From: Candidatus Omnitrophota bacterium
GTDB taxonomy: Bacteria; Omnitrophota; Gorgyraeia; Zapsychrales; JANLHA01
Direction of reading: 5' to 3'
DNA: 64,000 nt
Assembly (NCBI GenBank): GCA_020632555.1
Contig: JACKFI010000002.1
Span: 66,621-130,620, forward strand
Shown in pieces: positions 28,763-38,670 of the stretch (position 1 is its first letter; each line of letters starts with the position of its first letter). The notes beneath the pieces are model-generated. The model was not told the origin of the DNA and searched no databases. It saw only the letters and a program-made list of their open reading frames with translations. Position numbers and translations under genes: made by a program.

Positions 28763-31700
28763 TTATTGCAATTGACTCAACTGCAAGTCTTTCTCTACTT
28801 CTTTAACGCCGATGAACAGAGGAAGGTTGGTGGGGACAATTTGTAAAATCACCGGCGAGAAGCCGTCGATTTGAATATTCTGCAATTGCGCCGGATCAAA
28901 GGGCATGTCAAATTTGATGTCCTGCCCGCTGGTTTGCAAATCCAAAGCCTTGGAATTCATGTCGATACCACCGACGTCCTCGGGTCTGCCCGCATCCACT
29001 TGCGTTGGGGCGGAGGCGGCTGGTTGCGCGGTGATTGAACTGCTGCTTCTCAGAGAAGGGGTAAGCGTCCTCAACAACGATCTTGCGCCAAATCTTGCTT
29101 TGGAACGCAAAGTCATATAAGAAGCAACCAAATCTTTTCGATCAGCATCAGATAAAACAGCAAAGGTCGGGGATACGGCGCTTAATCCCTTCAAATACAT
29201 CAGCAGTTCTTCATTAGGCTTCAATTGACTTTGCTTAATAATTCTTAAAATATTTTTTAACTTTATTTCAATCGTGTGGTCGGAGGCGATTTCTTGTTCC
29301 AGCTCTTGTTTAATTTCATTCTTCCCGATTATTTTTACATCCAAAAAACGATTTAATAATGTCACCGCGCCGTTGGCATCTTTCGACTCTATTGAAATTA
29401 ACAAATTTAATAAGGGTTGAACATCCTCCTGGTCGATACTTCCAGCAGAGCCAAAATCAATAAGATATAACTCCTTCTTTGGGGTGATCATCGTATTCCC
29501 GTAATGCAGATCCGCATGATAAAACCCTTCGCCATAAGCTTGCTCAAAAAATTCTCTGATGATTGCATCTTTAATCTGATCAACGTCATAACTTAACAAT
29601 TCAGCTCTCTCTGATGCGGTAAAATTCTTTTCTAATTTTTGTTCAAGGCCCTTCTTTTTTTCAAGTTCTTGTCCTGTCAAAGCAGAATCATCAGTTTTAA
29701 GCAATATTAAATCGTCCAGAGTGACCCCATGCACCAATTCTTCGATAATCACATTGGCGGATTGATGAAAAATCTCTGGGGCTTTTAAAGTAAATCCGTT
29801 TCTTTGTGTCGTCGGACGGTTAGCTAGATTTTCGCGGTAACGTTGAACATTAGCTGCTTCCAACTCGAATTTTAATTCATCCAAAATCATCTTTTCCAAA
29901 TCTTCTCTCATATTAACGGGCAAACCAATATCAGGATGTTTAGCGTTAAGCATTCTTAACGTCTGCTCGACAACAAATAAGTCTTCTTTTAAAAACTTTT
30001 CTGCGGATGGCTGCAAAAACTTACCAGCGGCTTTGTCCCCGGATTGCAACAAAACACGATTGACTTGTTTAACTGATCCTTTCTGCATGCGCTCCAGAAT
30101 TTCGGCTATGACATCCCATAATTCTTCTTCCTGCGCCAGTTGGAACAATGCCTTATTGTGAAATGGCGTGGCATCTTTTTTGAGATTCTTTAATTCAATG
30201 AGAATATCTTCTGCCCCAACAAAAAGCTGAGGCTGTTCGCTCAAATATTGCGCTATTTTTACACCGACGACGCCTAATTGTTCAAGAATGGCCCGCACTT
30301 TCTTCCCACGGTTTTCACCGCGCGATTTTTCATTAGAAAAGATATCCAATAAAGAATTGAACAAAAAAATCCGTCTTTCCACAGAATACCCTTGGAATAT
30401 GCCTTCAAAAATGTCCCTCATAACACCTTGTGCATTTCCCAATTCTCCAGGCGCAAATACATTCCCAAAAAGCTGTGAAACAAAACTTCCCAGTTGATAA
30501 TTATTTTGGATATCAGCCTCAATATTTTGAATATATTCCAATGGGGACATATTATTCCCGTTAAAATTTTGTTCGGCAAAAAACTTAATCTGTTGCACGA
30601 CAGCTTTTATTTGTTCATCCTCAGCCAGACTTAACAGCCGATCAACCTGTTCAAATTTTTCTGCTGTTCCTGAAAATAGGCCAATTTTTTCAACCGCCCT
30701 GCTTAGACTTATCAAAGTGTCCAGCTCCGAGCGCATCGCTGATATGTCTTGGACAATTAATTTCATTTGCTCATAAACAGTTTTAATGCGCTCAGATTCC
30801 GCCTCAGCTTTTGATTTGATTTGACGTATTGCTTCAAGATGGGTTTTTAATTCTCCAATTTGCGCAATAATTCTGTCTAAGTTTGATAAGTCTGTGTCTT
30901 TTAAACCTTCGAAAGCCTGGATAATGTCGTTAATTAAAGGCCGAAGTTCGACAAAATTATCGGCGAGGCCCTGTAATCGCTCAATATTGCTATTAAGTGT
31001 TCGCCCTAATCCGACTTTTGAACTTATGGATAATAATTTTCTTATATCCTGCAATGTGTCCTGCAAGCTCTGAAGATCGGAAATTGCTGAAATCACCGTA
31101 TCTTGACTTTCCAGGATCGTGCTGATATCAAGCGTAGAAAGTTTGGAGATCAACGGCATGAATGCGCCTAACCCTATCATTTTCTTTGCTGTTTGTTTAC
31201 CTTTTGAGCCTCCTTGTTGCTCGATGACAGCAAAAAGTTTAGCCAAATTTTCTAAACTTTGATCAGCCGCCAAATCGTCAAAAGCAGATTGCAGTTTGCT
31301 CTGTTCAGCTTTGTTATTGCCCGTTAAAATCTCTTGAATGGTTTCGGCCCGGCGAGAAATTATTTTAGCAATGATTGTCCTGACTTCTTCGGCTGTAAAT
31401 GTATGCACATCAAATAAACCGTTATACCCTCTTAAAAAATCATAAAAGAATTTGTCCCTCTCCCCTTTTGTCAAACTAAAAATCATGCCTGGCAAGGAAT
31501 CAAAATTTATATGATGATGGGTAGCCATCTTTTGCATTGATTCCGGCATCGGGCGGCTTTTGGGGGACAATAACCATAAAATAAAATCAGCCTTTTCCTT
31601 GCGTGATGGAAATTTGTTAATTGTATTCCATAATTCATTGAGCATGGCGTCCTTAACAATTTCACTTTCTCTTGACAGCCGTTGAAGTTCCAGAATATAA

Positions 31701-34700
31701 CGGTTGACTTGCAATAATTGCGGATAAGTTCTTACCGTCCCCATGTTAATAAACTCACTTAAAACGCTATCTCTGGCCACACTGAATTTTGGAAAATTTG
31801 CAAGAATCTCTTTAAGGCCTTGTTCAAAATCGGAATACACCTCGGGGAAGAATACTTTTTGCATTTCAAATATTTTGCGGCCCAAGACTATTTGGTGTGT
31901 TCCATCCGTCATCAAGGGAATCAAACTTTTATATAATCCAATCAGGTACTTTGCTTGCTCATAAGTGAGTTTATTAATATCAATCTTATGGTTAACCACA
32001 ACTTCGTAAGGCTCATAATCCCAGCCAAAACAATTAACAAATTGGGTAATAATTGAAGGTGTTATTCCTAATAGCTGAGCTTCTTGCCTTGCAATAAGCT
32101 TATCTAATTCATTATCGCGCAATGATGTTTTATCAGGGAAAAATGCGATAACCTTCGAGACCTTGTCTGCAAAAGGAACCGTTTCATTAGATAGATATTG
32201 CTTGAGTTGTCGGTAAGTCCTCCATGCAATGGCAAGTTTCATATCTACTTTTTTGTGTCTGCCCTTGCCTTGCGTAAAATTTCTCGTGTTGAAATAATCA
32301 AATAGAGAATTATTCGGCACCAAATACTTATCAACAAAATTCATCAAAGCATTCTCAAGCTGGCCCTTGGCAATATCGGCTCTGAGTTGGTCAATGGCAG
32401 CGAAAAGCGCAGGATTGCTTTTAACATGCGCCGGTAAATGCCCCATTAATGCATTAATAATTTTTTCCGGATGATTTGAATATGGTTCACTATTTTCATC
32501 ACGACCATAACTATCAATTTTTATTTCCATAAATCCCGCAATATATTCCATATCAATAGTTGGATATGTGAACCCGAAAAAATCCACCAATTTAGGCAGT
32601 TCTCCGTCATCTTCGATTTCTGTAAATCCCTCGAGCAAAGCCGCCACTTGCGTCTCTGGCAAACTTATGGGTAATAAATCTTGAATGATTTTATCTCTCT
32701 CTTTTGACTTTGGCAAAAATTCAAACACGAGAGAAATACTTTCCTCAAAACTCAATCCATTGAAGATGGATTGTTCGCCTTTGAGAAAGGCAGAAAAATA
32801 TTTTGTGAAATCTGTTGCGTCGTGCATAGCTTCTTGATAAGGATTAACAGATATTGTCCCTCTCTGGCCTTTTCCATCGTCCCTATAATAATTATTGTTT
32901 GTGCTAAAATTAGCTAACATAAAAGTAGGGGTGCCGTTTCTCAATTTTGAAAGGGCGATTGTCCCCAATGCAAAATGGTATTCCTGGTATCCTTTCTGAG
33001 AATTCTTAACAACTCTCATAATCGCTCTCATATCGTCCAACGTCGCTTCTTTCCATTCATTCTGATTATCCACGATAAGATCAAACTGAGTAACAACGGC
33101 GCCGACTTCATCCATTTTCTTCACTAATTCCGGCAATCGTATTCCAGTCGCTTTAAGCAGTTGCATATAATCACGTGATAAAGTTTGATGAAGCGATTGC
33201 TCATTTTGGTTTATCCCCGACAAATAGACTTTATCCGTTAAAAAGAAGGGAAGAATCCCCTCAAGAAAAACTTTCTTAGACGCATCATTCATCCCCGCAT
33301 AATCAACCAATTTAAAGAGTTGATACAATATTTTATTACGTGCTTTACTGGCTTTTGGCATAAGACGTGCAACAACGTCAATTTTTGCCTGGTCATCGTT
33401 ATTAGCAAAATAGGTGTTAATAAAATAATTTAAAGCCGCATGAGTTAAGTCTTCATCGTGAAACCCTTCCACGGCGATATAGATTGATTTCAAAACCTCC
33501 GGTGATCTTTCTTGAGCAAGTTGGGAAATAATAAATCCAACAAGTTCATTAAACTGGTCTGAGTTGCTTTCATTCTCTAGACGGACTTCCAGAACTTGTT
33601 TTAACTGCATCACTTTATCCAGGTCAGATAAATCTATTTTTGCACTTTCCGTTTTCTTTTTAAGCATCCGAGATAAAATTTGATAAGAATATTTTGCGTA
33701 ATTCTCTTGTACAGTTTTATTAAACTCTCCAAACTTTAACATGCTTTGAATATTATCCGGCATGCTTGTCATATAAAGCGAAGGTGATTCAAGCATGATA
33801 GCCATAACTGCCTCAAGTTGCTTTTGACCTAACCTCTGGATCAAAGCCTCGATCTGGCCATCAATATTGGCATTAAAGCCGCGAAAGAAGGACATATAAC
33901 GCACCATGGCCAACAATTCGATCTGGTCTTCATCAAGATTCTTATTTGCAAATTGATTTCGTGTCATTTGCATGAATTTCGACTTTAGACGGGTCAAATG
34001 ACTCTCATTCATAGGGAAGGACTTATTTATGGAACTACCAAAAGCCCCGACATTGTTGTTTAAGAAATAAAAAGCTAAAGCGCGCAGATAAAGCGGCAAA
34101 AATTCAGACCTCCCTTGTTCAATTTCTTGTTTCTTTTGTACATCCTCTATATCTCCCTGACTATCTGATTTAATGTCTGCAAGAATAGGCGGCAACTCTA
34201 ATTTTCCATAACGACGCTTTTTCATCCAATCTTTCAGTCCCAGCATAGCGAACCGTGTCGCAGCGCGGAGCTGATCCTCTTTACGCCCATTGAGCGACCG
34301 ATCGTATTCAAAGTAAAAAAATTCCCAAAATTTCTCCATATTTTGCAAAAATTGTTCGCCGTCTATATATTCAACCAAATAACTGCCGTTGGGATTCTTT
34401 TGAGAATTGATGATCATATCTTTGCCGACTTTTCCTTCTGCCGCTTCCAACGAAGGGAATACCTGTCTTTGAATAAAATTAGCCTCCCCATTCAAATTTT
34501 GAGTACGATTGATCGGCAGATCTTGAGATCTCTGCAACAAATTTGACATGTTCTGCTTCATAAATTGCAAAGCACTAATAATTTGCTCTCTATCTTTGTT
34601 TTGTATCCCTCTACCATTACGTATTTGATCTAAGGCATCATCAATTTCCTTTAATAAACCATCCATAATTTCCTTGCGCGATAATCCAATCTCACTTCCC

Positions 34701-37246
34701 AAGACTGATATCTCAGCAATCGCCGCCCCCTTCCCCCCCTGTTGATAAAAATATTGGAATAATTTGCTAATTGTCAGCGGTATTCCCCACTGACCTGCAA
34801 ATGTCCCGATTGTTGTGCCAGGTAAACTGCTGCTATGTCGCCAATCCTCGATATAAACAGCGATGTTATTAGCTGTTAAGGCAAAGGAAAAATATTTCTG
34901 AAAATCTGCCGACTGCGCTACTCCCGCCGAGAAATCGTAAAGCATCCTAAAATAATAATGCGTTAAGAATTCCTCTAATTTGACCGGATCATCAATGGCG
35001 TCTAACTGTGCCATCAACGCATCTAAACTATCAGCCTCAAGCATTTGTTCATGAAAAGTTGTTGATTGTGTCGCATTATTCATAAGTCGATCAGCTAGAA
35101 ACGGTTGGCTAAAGTCCTGATAAGATTTATTGATGTTTGGCACGGCGACATCAGGACTTTGAAGAATTTGCTGAACTTCGCCTATCCGATTGTCAGATTT
35201 AGGATGCGATCCCATAAAAGGAATATCGCCGAGATTATCCAAAAACTCCAAAACATCTACCGCGGCTCTAGGATTAAAACCAGCAACAGCGGAAAGGAAT
35301 AATCCGCCCGTATCCGCATCGTATTCCATATTTTGACGAATCGTTCTTTCGTTTTTGGATTCATCTTCTGTGATTTTATCTTTGCCTTGAAGATGTTGCT
35401 CGCGATGGCGCTGCTCGTGACCGATAATCCAAGCAATATGATCTTGCGTTAATTTCTTACCCTTAGACTCTAAAAAATTCTTTAACGCTTTAATGATGCC
35501 TGTTGTAATAAAAAATTCCCCACTGTCAGTCATCCAATAAGCATCGATATTATCACTGTTTATGATTCGTAAAGTAAGAATGTCCTCCCGCCCCGTTGCT
35601 TTTCTAACTTTCTGAAAAATTTGATTAACCTCTATAAAAACCGGGTGCGTCTCATCCACAAAACCAAAAAGCATTTGATTCGTTTCAATTTCATTTCTAA
35701 TAAAGAAATCATACTTACTAACCGGGGCACTGCCGGACTTCGACTGATTTTCGGGTACTCCTGATATATTTACTGGTGCTAAAGCTGATGAAACAGTGAC
35801 TAATTTACCAACCTTACTACTGGTAACATCTCTAGATAATTGGGCAGGTGTACTGGCGACGGCAAATACAGTCGAAGACGCAACCGCTTTCCCGCCCATC
35901 ACCCCGCCGGAGAAGTATTTGCGGGGGACTGTTTCTTGTGTTTTTTCGTCGAATTCTTCTTTAATGTAGTTATAAACGCCTTTCTTAAACGCGGCAAGAT
36001 ACTGTTGGTAGATCAATTCTTTGTCATTACGAAGCTGCGGGGTTGTCGAACTTTTGTCAATAACAGAGGCAGTGTATTCGACTCCGGCGACTTTATTGGC
36101 GCCCACATAAATTTTGTCTAACATGCCATTCTTTAATTTGCGCTTAAACCAGGTGGCCATAATCATGGCGTGATAGACTTGCCGCAACTTGGCAAAATTC
36201 TTGCCTTCATTGACTTCTTTTTCGATTTCAGGCAGGACGATCTCGCGGATGACTGAGGACGCAATGTCCGAAGGAATGCCGAGGCCATCCGGACGAGGCG
36301 GACTAGAGGACGCAATGTCCGAAGGAATGCCGAGGCCATCCGGACGAGGCGGACTAGAGGACGCAATGTCCGAAGGAATACGGCTTCGCTCTAGCTCGCT
36401 GTATTTCCTCGTCCGCTTGAAAGCTCCCGCAAATTCCGCGGACTCAGTCATGCCGAGGCCATCCGGACGAGGCGGACTAGAAGAACTTATGTCATTGCGA
36501 GGAGCCGAAGGCGACGAAGCAATCTTTGTTCTCGAGATTGCCGCGTCGCCCTGCGGGCTCCTCGCAATGACACTATTTTTTTGTAAAGCAACGTAATCTT
36601 CTGCCAACATCACTTTCAAATGGCTTTCGGTAATAAACGCCATCGTTCCGCTTTCATACACTTTGGCATGATCGGGCATAATCCAAACTTTATTAAACGT
36701 GCTGACCGGAATATCGACATTGCCGTATTTTTCATAGGCTTTTTTGTGCACGCGCTGCCAAAACTTTTTTCCCAATTCCTGCTCAGGATAAATCAGCGAT
36801 GCGGTCAATTGCTTGAGCAAGTAATCCTGCGCCAAAAGATCGCGCCCCATTTCAGTCACACCAAATTCCTGCGGGATCACGCGGTCTTTTTCATACGGCG
36901 ACAAATTGACCCATTGATCATCATCGGGAACGGTTAAAGCGGCGAGAAAATACTTGATCAAAAGACTGGTCTCATCCTGCAGTTTTTGACCTTGCAACTG
37001 CGAATTGCCGGTATCGAGAATGAAATCAAAACGAAACGGATTGTCCGGATAGACTTTTAGCCCTTTAATTGCCAACGGTACATAGCTGGGACTGATGCCC
37101 ACCATGGCACCTGGTATCGGAAGGCTAAGCCCGGCAACACTTTGTGCCCCAGCCAAAGACGGCGTCCAAATCTGACCGGTTAAAAAACACAGCAGAATCA
37201 ATAGGCTGGTTGTTTTGCGAAAATGGGATTTTTTAATCTTTTTCAT
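28763..37246 (-). CDS. Giant multidomain protein (2827 aa): signal-peptide-like N-terminus, conserved N-domain with repeat insertions, M48-like metalloprotease region, ~1600-aa helical region, UbiB/ABC1 kinase-like domain, family-specific C-terminal tail
   Basis: Single uninterrupted ORF. N-terminus MKKIKKSHFRKTTSLLILLCFLTGQIWTPSLAGAQS. HEQRH at aa 610-614. LGVVGVKIAQYLSEQ...HADLHYGN...IDFGSAG at aa ~2310-2600. The sub-features are listed separately below. Confidence 0.85.
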   Translation of the reverse strand: MKKIKKSHFRKTTSLLILLCFLTGQIWTPSLAGAQSVAGLSLPIPGAMVGISPSYVPLAIKGLKVYPDNPFRFDFILDTGNSQLQGQKLQDETSLLIKYFLAALTVPDDDQWVNLSPYEKDRVIPQEFGVTEMGRDLLAQDYLLKQLTASLIYPEQELGKKFWQRVHKKAYEKYGNVDIPVSTFNKVWIMPDHAKVYESGTMAFITESHLKVMLAEDYVALQKNSVIARSPQGDAAISRTKIASSPSAPRNDISSSSPPRPDGLGMTESAEFAGAFKRTRKYSELERSRIPSDIASSSPPRPDGLGIPSDIASSSPPRPDGLGIPSDIASSVIREIVLPEIEKEVNEGKNFAKLRQVYHAMIMATWFKRKLKNGMLDKIYVGANKVAGVEYTASVIDKSSTTPQLRNDKELIYQQYLAAFKKGVYNYIKEEFDEKTQETVPRKYFSGGVMGGKAVASSTVFAVASTPAQLSRDVTSSKVGKLVTVSSALAPVNISGVPENQSKSGSAPVSKYDFFIRNEIETNQMLFGFVDETHPVFIEVNQIFQKVRKATGREDILTLRIINSDNIDAYWMTDSGEFFITTGIIKALKNFLESKGKKLTQDHIAWIIGHEQRHREQHLQGKDKITEDESKNERTIRQNMEYDADTGGLFLSAVAGFNPRAAVDVLEFLDNLGDIPFMGSHPKSDNRIGEVQQILQSPDVAVPNINKSYQDFSQPFLADRLMNNATQSTTFHEQMLEADSLDALMAQLDAIDDPVKLEEFLTHYYFRMLYDFSAGVAQSADFQKYFSFALTANNIAVYIEDWRHSSSLPGTTIGTFAGQWGIPLTISKLFQYFYQQGGKGAAIAEISVLGSEIGLSRKEIMDGLLKEIDDALDQIRNGRGIQNKDREQIISALQFMKQNMSNLLQRSQDLPINRTQNLNGEANFIQRQVFPSLEAAEGKVGKDMIINSQKNPNGSYLVEYIDGEQFLQNMEKFWEFFYFEYDRSLNGRKEDQLRAATRFAMLGLKDWMKKRRYGKLELPPILADIKSDSQGDIEDVQKKQEIEQGRSEFLPLYLRALAFYFLNNNVGAFGSSINKSFPMNESHLTRLKSKFMQMTRNQFANKNLDEDQIELLAMVRYMSFFRGFNANIDGQIEALIQRLGQKQLEAVMAIMLESPSLYMTSMPDNIQSMLKFGEFNKTVQENYAKYSYQILSRMLKKKTESAKIDLSDLDKVMQLKQVLEVRLENESNSDQFNELVGFIISQLAQERSPEVLKSIYIAVEGFHDEDLTHAALNYFINTYFANNDDQAKIDVVARLMPKASKARNKILYQLFKLVDYAGMNDASKKVFLEGILPFFLTDKVYLSGINQNEQSLHQTLSRDYMQLLKATGIRLPELVKKMDEVGAVVTQFDLIVDNQNEWKEATLDDMRAIMRVVKNSQKGYQEYHFALGTIALSKLRNGTPTFMLANFSTNNNYYRDDGKGQRGTISVNPYQEAMHDATDFTKYFSAFLKGEQSIFNGLSFEESISLVFEFLPKSKERDKIIQDLLPISLPETQVAALLEGFTEIEDDGELPKLVDFFGFTYPTIDMEYIAGFMEIKIDSYGRDENSEPYSNHPEKIINALMGHLPAHVKSNPALFAAIDQLRADIAKGQLENALMNFVDKYLVPNNSLFDYFNTRNFTQGKGRHKKVDMKLAIAWRTYRQLKQYLSNETVPFADKVSKVIAFFPDKTSLRDNELDKLIARQEAQLLGITPSIITQFVNCFGWDYEPYEVVVNHKIDINKLTYEQAKYLIGLYKSLIPLMTDGTHQIVLGRKIFEMQKVFFPEVYSDFEQGLKEILANFPKFSVARDSVLSEFINMGTVRTYPQLLQVNRYILELQRLSRESEIVKDAMLNELWNTINKFPSRKEKADFILWLLSPKSRPMPESMQKMATHHHINFDSLPGMIFSLTKGERDKFFYDFLRGYNGLFDVHTFTAEEVRTIIAKIISRRAETIQEILTGNNKAEQSKLQSAFDDLAADQSLENLAKLFAVIEQQGGSKGKQTAKKMIGLGAFMPLISKLSTLDISTILESQDTVISAISDLQSLQDTLQDIRKLLSISSKVGLGRTLNSNIERLQGLADNFVELRPLINDIIQAFEGLKDTDLSNLDRIIAQIGELKTHLEAIRQIKSKAEAESERIKTVYEQMKLIVQDISAMRSELDTLISLSRAVEKIGLFSGTAEKFEQVDRLLSLAEDEQIKAVVQQIKFFAEQNFNGNNMSPLEYIQNIEADIQNNYQLGSFVSQLFGNVFAPGELGNAQGVMRDIFEGIFQGYSVERRIFLFNSLLDIFSNEKSRGENRGKKVRAILEQLGVVGVKIAQYLSEQPQLFVGAEDILIELKNLKKDATPFHNKALFQLAQEEELWDVIAEILERMQKGSVKQVNRVLLQSGDKAAGKFLQPSAEKFLKEDLFVVEQTLRMLNAKHPDIGLPVNMREDLEKMILDELKFELEAANVQRYRENLANRPTTQRNGFTLKAPEIFHQSANVIIEELVHGVTLDDLILLKTDDSALTGQELEKKKGLEQKLEKNFTASERAELLSYDVDQIKDAIIREFFEQAYGEGFYHADLHYGNTMITPKKELYLIDFGSAGSIDQEDVQPLLNLLISIESKDANGAVTLLNRFLDVKIIGKNEIKQELEQEIASDHTIEIKLKNILRIIKQSQLKPNEELLMYLKGLSAVSPTFAVLSDADRKDLVASYMTLRSKARFGARSLLRTLTPSLRSSSSITAQPAASAPTQVDAGRPEDVGGIDMNSKALDLQTSGQDIKFDMPFDPAQLQNIQIDGFSPVILQIVPTNLPLFIGVKEVEKDLQLSQLQ
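28766..28975 (-). other. C-terminal tail module of the giant protein (GGIDMN...GFSPVILQIVPTNLPLFIGVKEVEKDLQLSQLQ)
   Basis: Distinct ~70-aa tail after a Ser/Ala/Pro-rich linker. A diverged relic copy of its last ~30 codons lies at 27899..28015. Confidence 0.5.
29266..30316 (-). other. UbiB/ABC1/ADCK atypical-kinase-like domain within the giant ORF
   Basis: RAILEQLGVVGVKIAQYLSEQPQLF...LKKDATPF (the KxGQ-like N-lobe extension), FYHADLHYGNTMI (HxDxHxGN catalytic loop at 29501-29518) and LYLIDFGSAGSI (DFG). Confidence 0.7.
35146..35626 (-). other. M48/Ste24-like zinc-metalloprotease region within the giant ORF
   Basis: AWIIGHEQRHREQH (HExxH encoded at 35405-35419), then NMEYDADTGGLFLSAVAGFNP and FMGSHPKSDNRIGEV. 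This is the HExxH...E..AD...HP...R order seen in M48 peptidases. Confidence 0.55.
36255..36481. repeat. In-frame 51-bp tandem repeat (17-aa unit IPSDIASSSPPRPDGLG); the third copy is split by a 72-bp insert
   Basis: 36255-36305 and 36306-36356 are identical. The third copy runs 36357-36379 and resumes at 36451-36481, after 72 nt that encode MTESAEFAGAFKRTRKYSELERSR. Confidence 0.9.
36491..36571. repeat. 81-bp REP/MITE-like palindromic element inserted in frame in the giant ORF
   Basis: gtcattgcgaggagcc...ggctcctcgcaatgac has terminal inverted repeats of at least 16 bp, plus inner arms cgaagcaatct / agattgccgcg. It is exactly 27 codons (VIARSPQGDAAISRTKIASSPSAPRND). It belongs to the same family as the long palindrome in the 44.4-44.75 kb repeats. 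Confidence 0.85.
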
Positions 37247-37434
37247 AAGTAAAGTTAACCGTCAATCCCCGACATACAGAAAAGCTTCTCAAGCAGACGC
37301 TTAAAGAACGCTCCCCCAGTTGGCGGGTCCAAAATACAAAAATTTTAAGAATTGAGAACGTTTTGATGAATAAACTATTATGGCAAGAACACAGAACAAT
37401 AATACCATTTATCGGGGAGAAAGGCAAAAATTTC

Positions 37435-38622
37435 TTACCCCCATTTGCCATCCGGGCGGGGTGAAATGAGGACCTTAAAATAAGCGGTTAAATACAGCCC
37501 AAAAGCGATCATCCATAAAATCTGGCTGATGCCAATGGCCACTGCAAACCACGCACCGGGCAACAGCGGCGAACCAACGCGAAGCATAGCGCTAAGAATA
37601 ATAGGCAGAAACATCAGTGGTAAAATAGCCGGCGGCTCGGCTATGCTGCGACCGGTATGTCCCCACGCCACACGCGCCATCATGCCCAGCGTAAAAGCAC
37701 CGATGCCACCAGCCGTCCACGCATGCAAAGCCGCATCATCTGGATAATTATTTAAAACCGAAAAAATTTTCAACAAGAATCCCAAAATAATAAACCCATA
37801 TCCCATGAAAAGAATCCACAAAAGAGGTTTTTTCCAAATTCCCGCCGTGTACCAACCCGCCAAACGCAAGCTGTGTACAATAACTAATAAAGCACAAATT
37901 ATCGCGACCACCATCGGCCAAGAACAAAACACATCAATGATCGAAAACGCTAATATGAGAACCAAGCTGGCCATATCCAAAAATCGGCTATTGCGCAAAG
38001 TCACCGCATAACCCACGCCGCGTTCAATAAAAAAAGGCATCACCCGTCGGCCAACTGTCAAAATCAAACTCACAATCATATACAGCGAAAAGCGCAAAGC
38101 TTTTCGCTCGATGATCAAATTCGCGTGCAACAACGCGGCATAAAACACACCGCCGCTGAGCAAAAGCATGATCAATTTGGAGAATACGGCGGATTGTTTC
38201 CACTGCTTGACCGCGGCAATCGGCCGAATCACGGCAAAAGATAAAAAAACCAAAAAAGCACTGTCGCACACAATCAAGGGCCACAACGGAAAAGACGCCG
38301 GCATAAACGCCAAACCCCGCGCCAGCGCCCAAAGTATAAATAAAATCAACAGTGGTGTACTACTTAATGTCGGCTGGCCTGTCCAATTCATCACCGCGGT
38401 TAATAAGAATCCAGCAACCACCGCCATTGTAAAACCAAAAATCATTTCATGCCCATGCCAGACAGTCAACGGCATCGCGACAAAAATGTTTGCGGCTAAA
38501 ACATAAAAGATCAGCCAAAACACCATCGACACGACGGTATAAACCGCCGCGCCCAAAAAGAAAATGCGAAATCCCGTCTGTAAAACAACCGGGCACTGTG
38601 TCTTTGAATGATTCATAAACAA
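37435..38622 (-). CDS. nnrS: NnrS family membrane protein
   Basis: TGFRIFFLGAAVY...WHGHEMIFGF near the N-terminus and ~12 TM segments, as in NnrS. Confidence 0.8.
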   Translation of the reverse strand: MFMNHSKTQCPVVLQTGFRIFFLGAAVYTVVSMVFWLIFYVLAANIFVAMPLTVWHGHEMIFGFTMAVVAGFLLTAVMNWTGQPTLSSTPLLILFILWALARGLAFMPASFPLWPLIVCDSAFLVFLSFAVIRPIAAVKQWKQSAVFSKLIMLLLSGGVFYAALLHANLIIERKALRFSLYMIVSLILTVGRRVMPFFIERGVGYAVTLRNSRFLDMASLVLILAFSIIDVFCSWPMVVAIICALLVIVHSLRLAGWYTAGIWKKPLLWILFMGYGFIILGFLLKIFSVLNNYPDDAALHAWTAGGIGAFTLGMMARVAWGHTGRSIAEPPAILPLMFLPIILSAMLRVGSPLLPGAWFAVAIGISQILWMIAFGLYLTAYFKVLISPRPDGKWG

Positions 38623-38670
38623 CTCACTTCACAATTATATTTCTAAGGGCACCACCCTCAAAGCCATCGT

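Noticed and set aside
36163-36596. ORFs 36189..36596 (+, 135 aa) and 36163..36366 (-, 67 aa) with repeated RPSGRGGLEDAMSEGMP / LVRLVRMASAFLRTLRP
   Set aside because: They are alternative-frame or antisense readings of the 51-bp tandem and palindromic repeats inside the giant ORF. Their repetitiveness only mirrors the DNA repeats.
37233-37451. 72-aa ORF bridging the NnrS stop and the giant-gene start
   Set aside because: It overlaps both neighbours, is Cys/Leu/Phe-rich and has no RBS. This region is more plausibly the promoter and 5' UTR of the giant gene.
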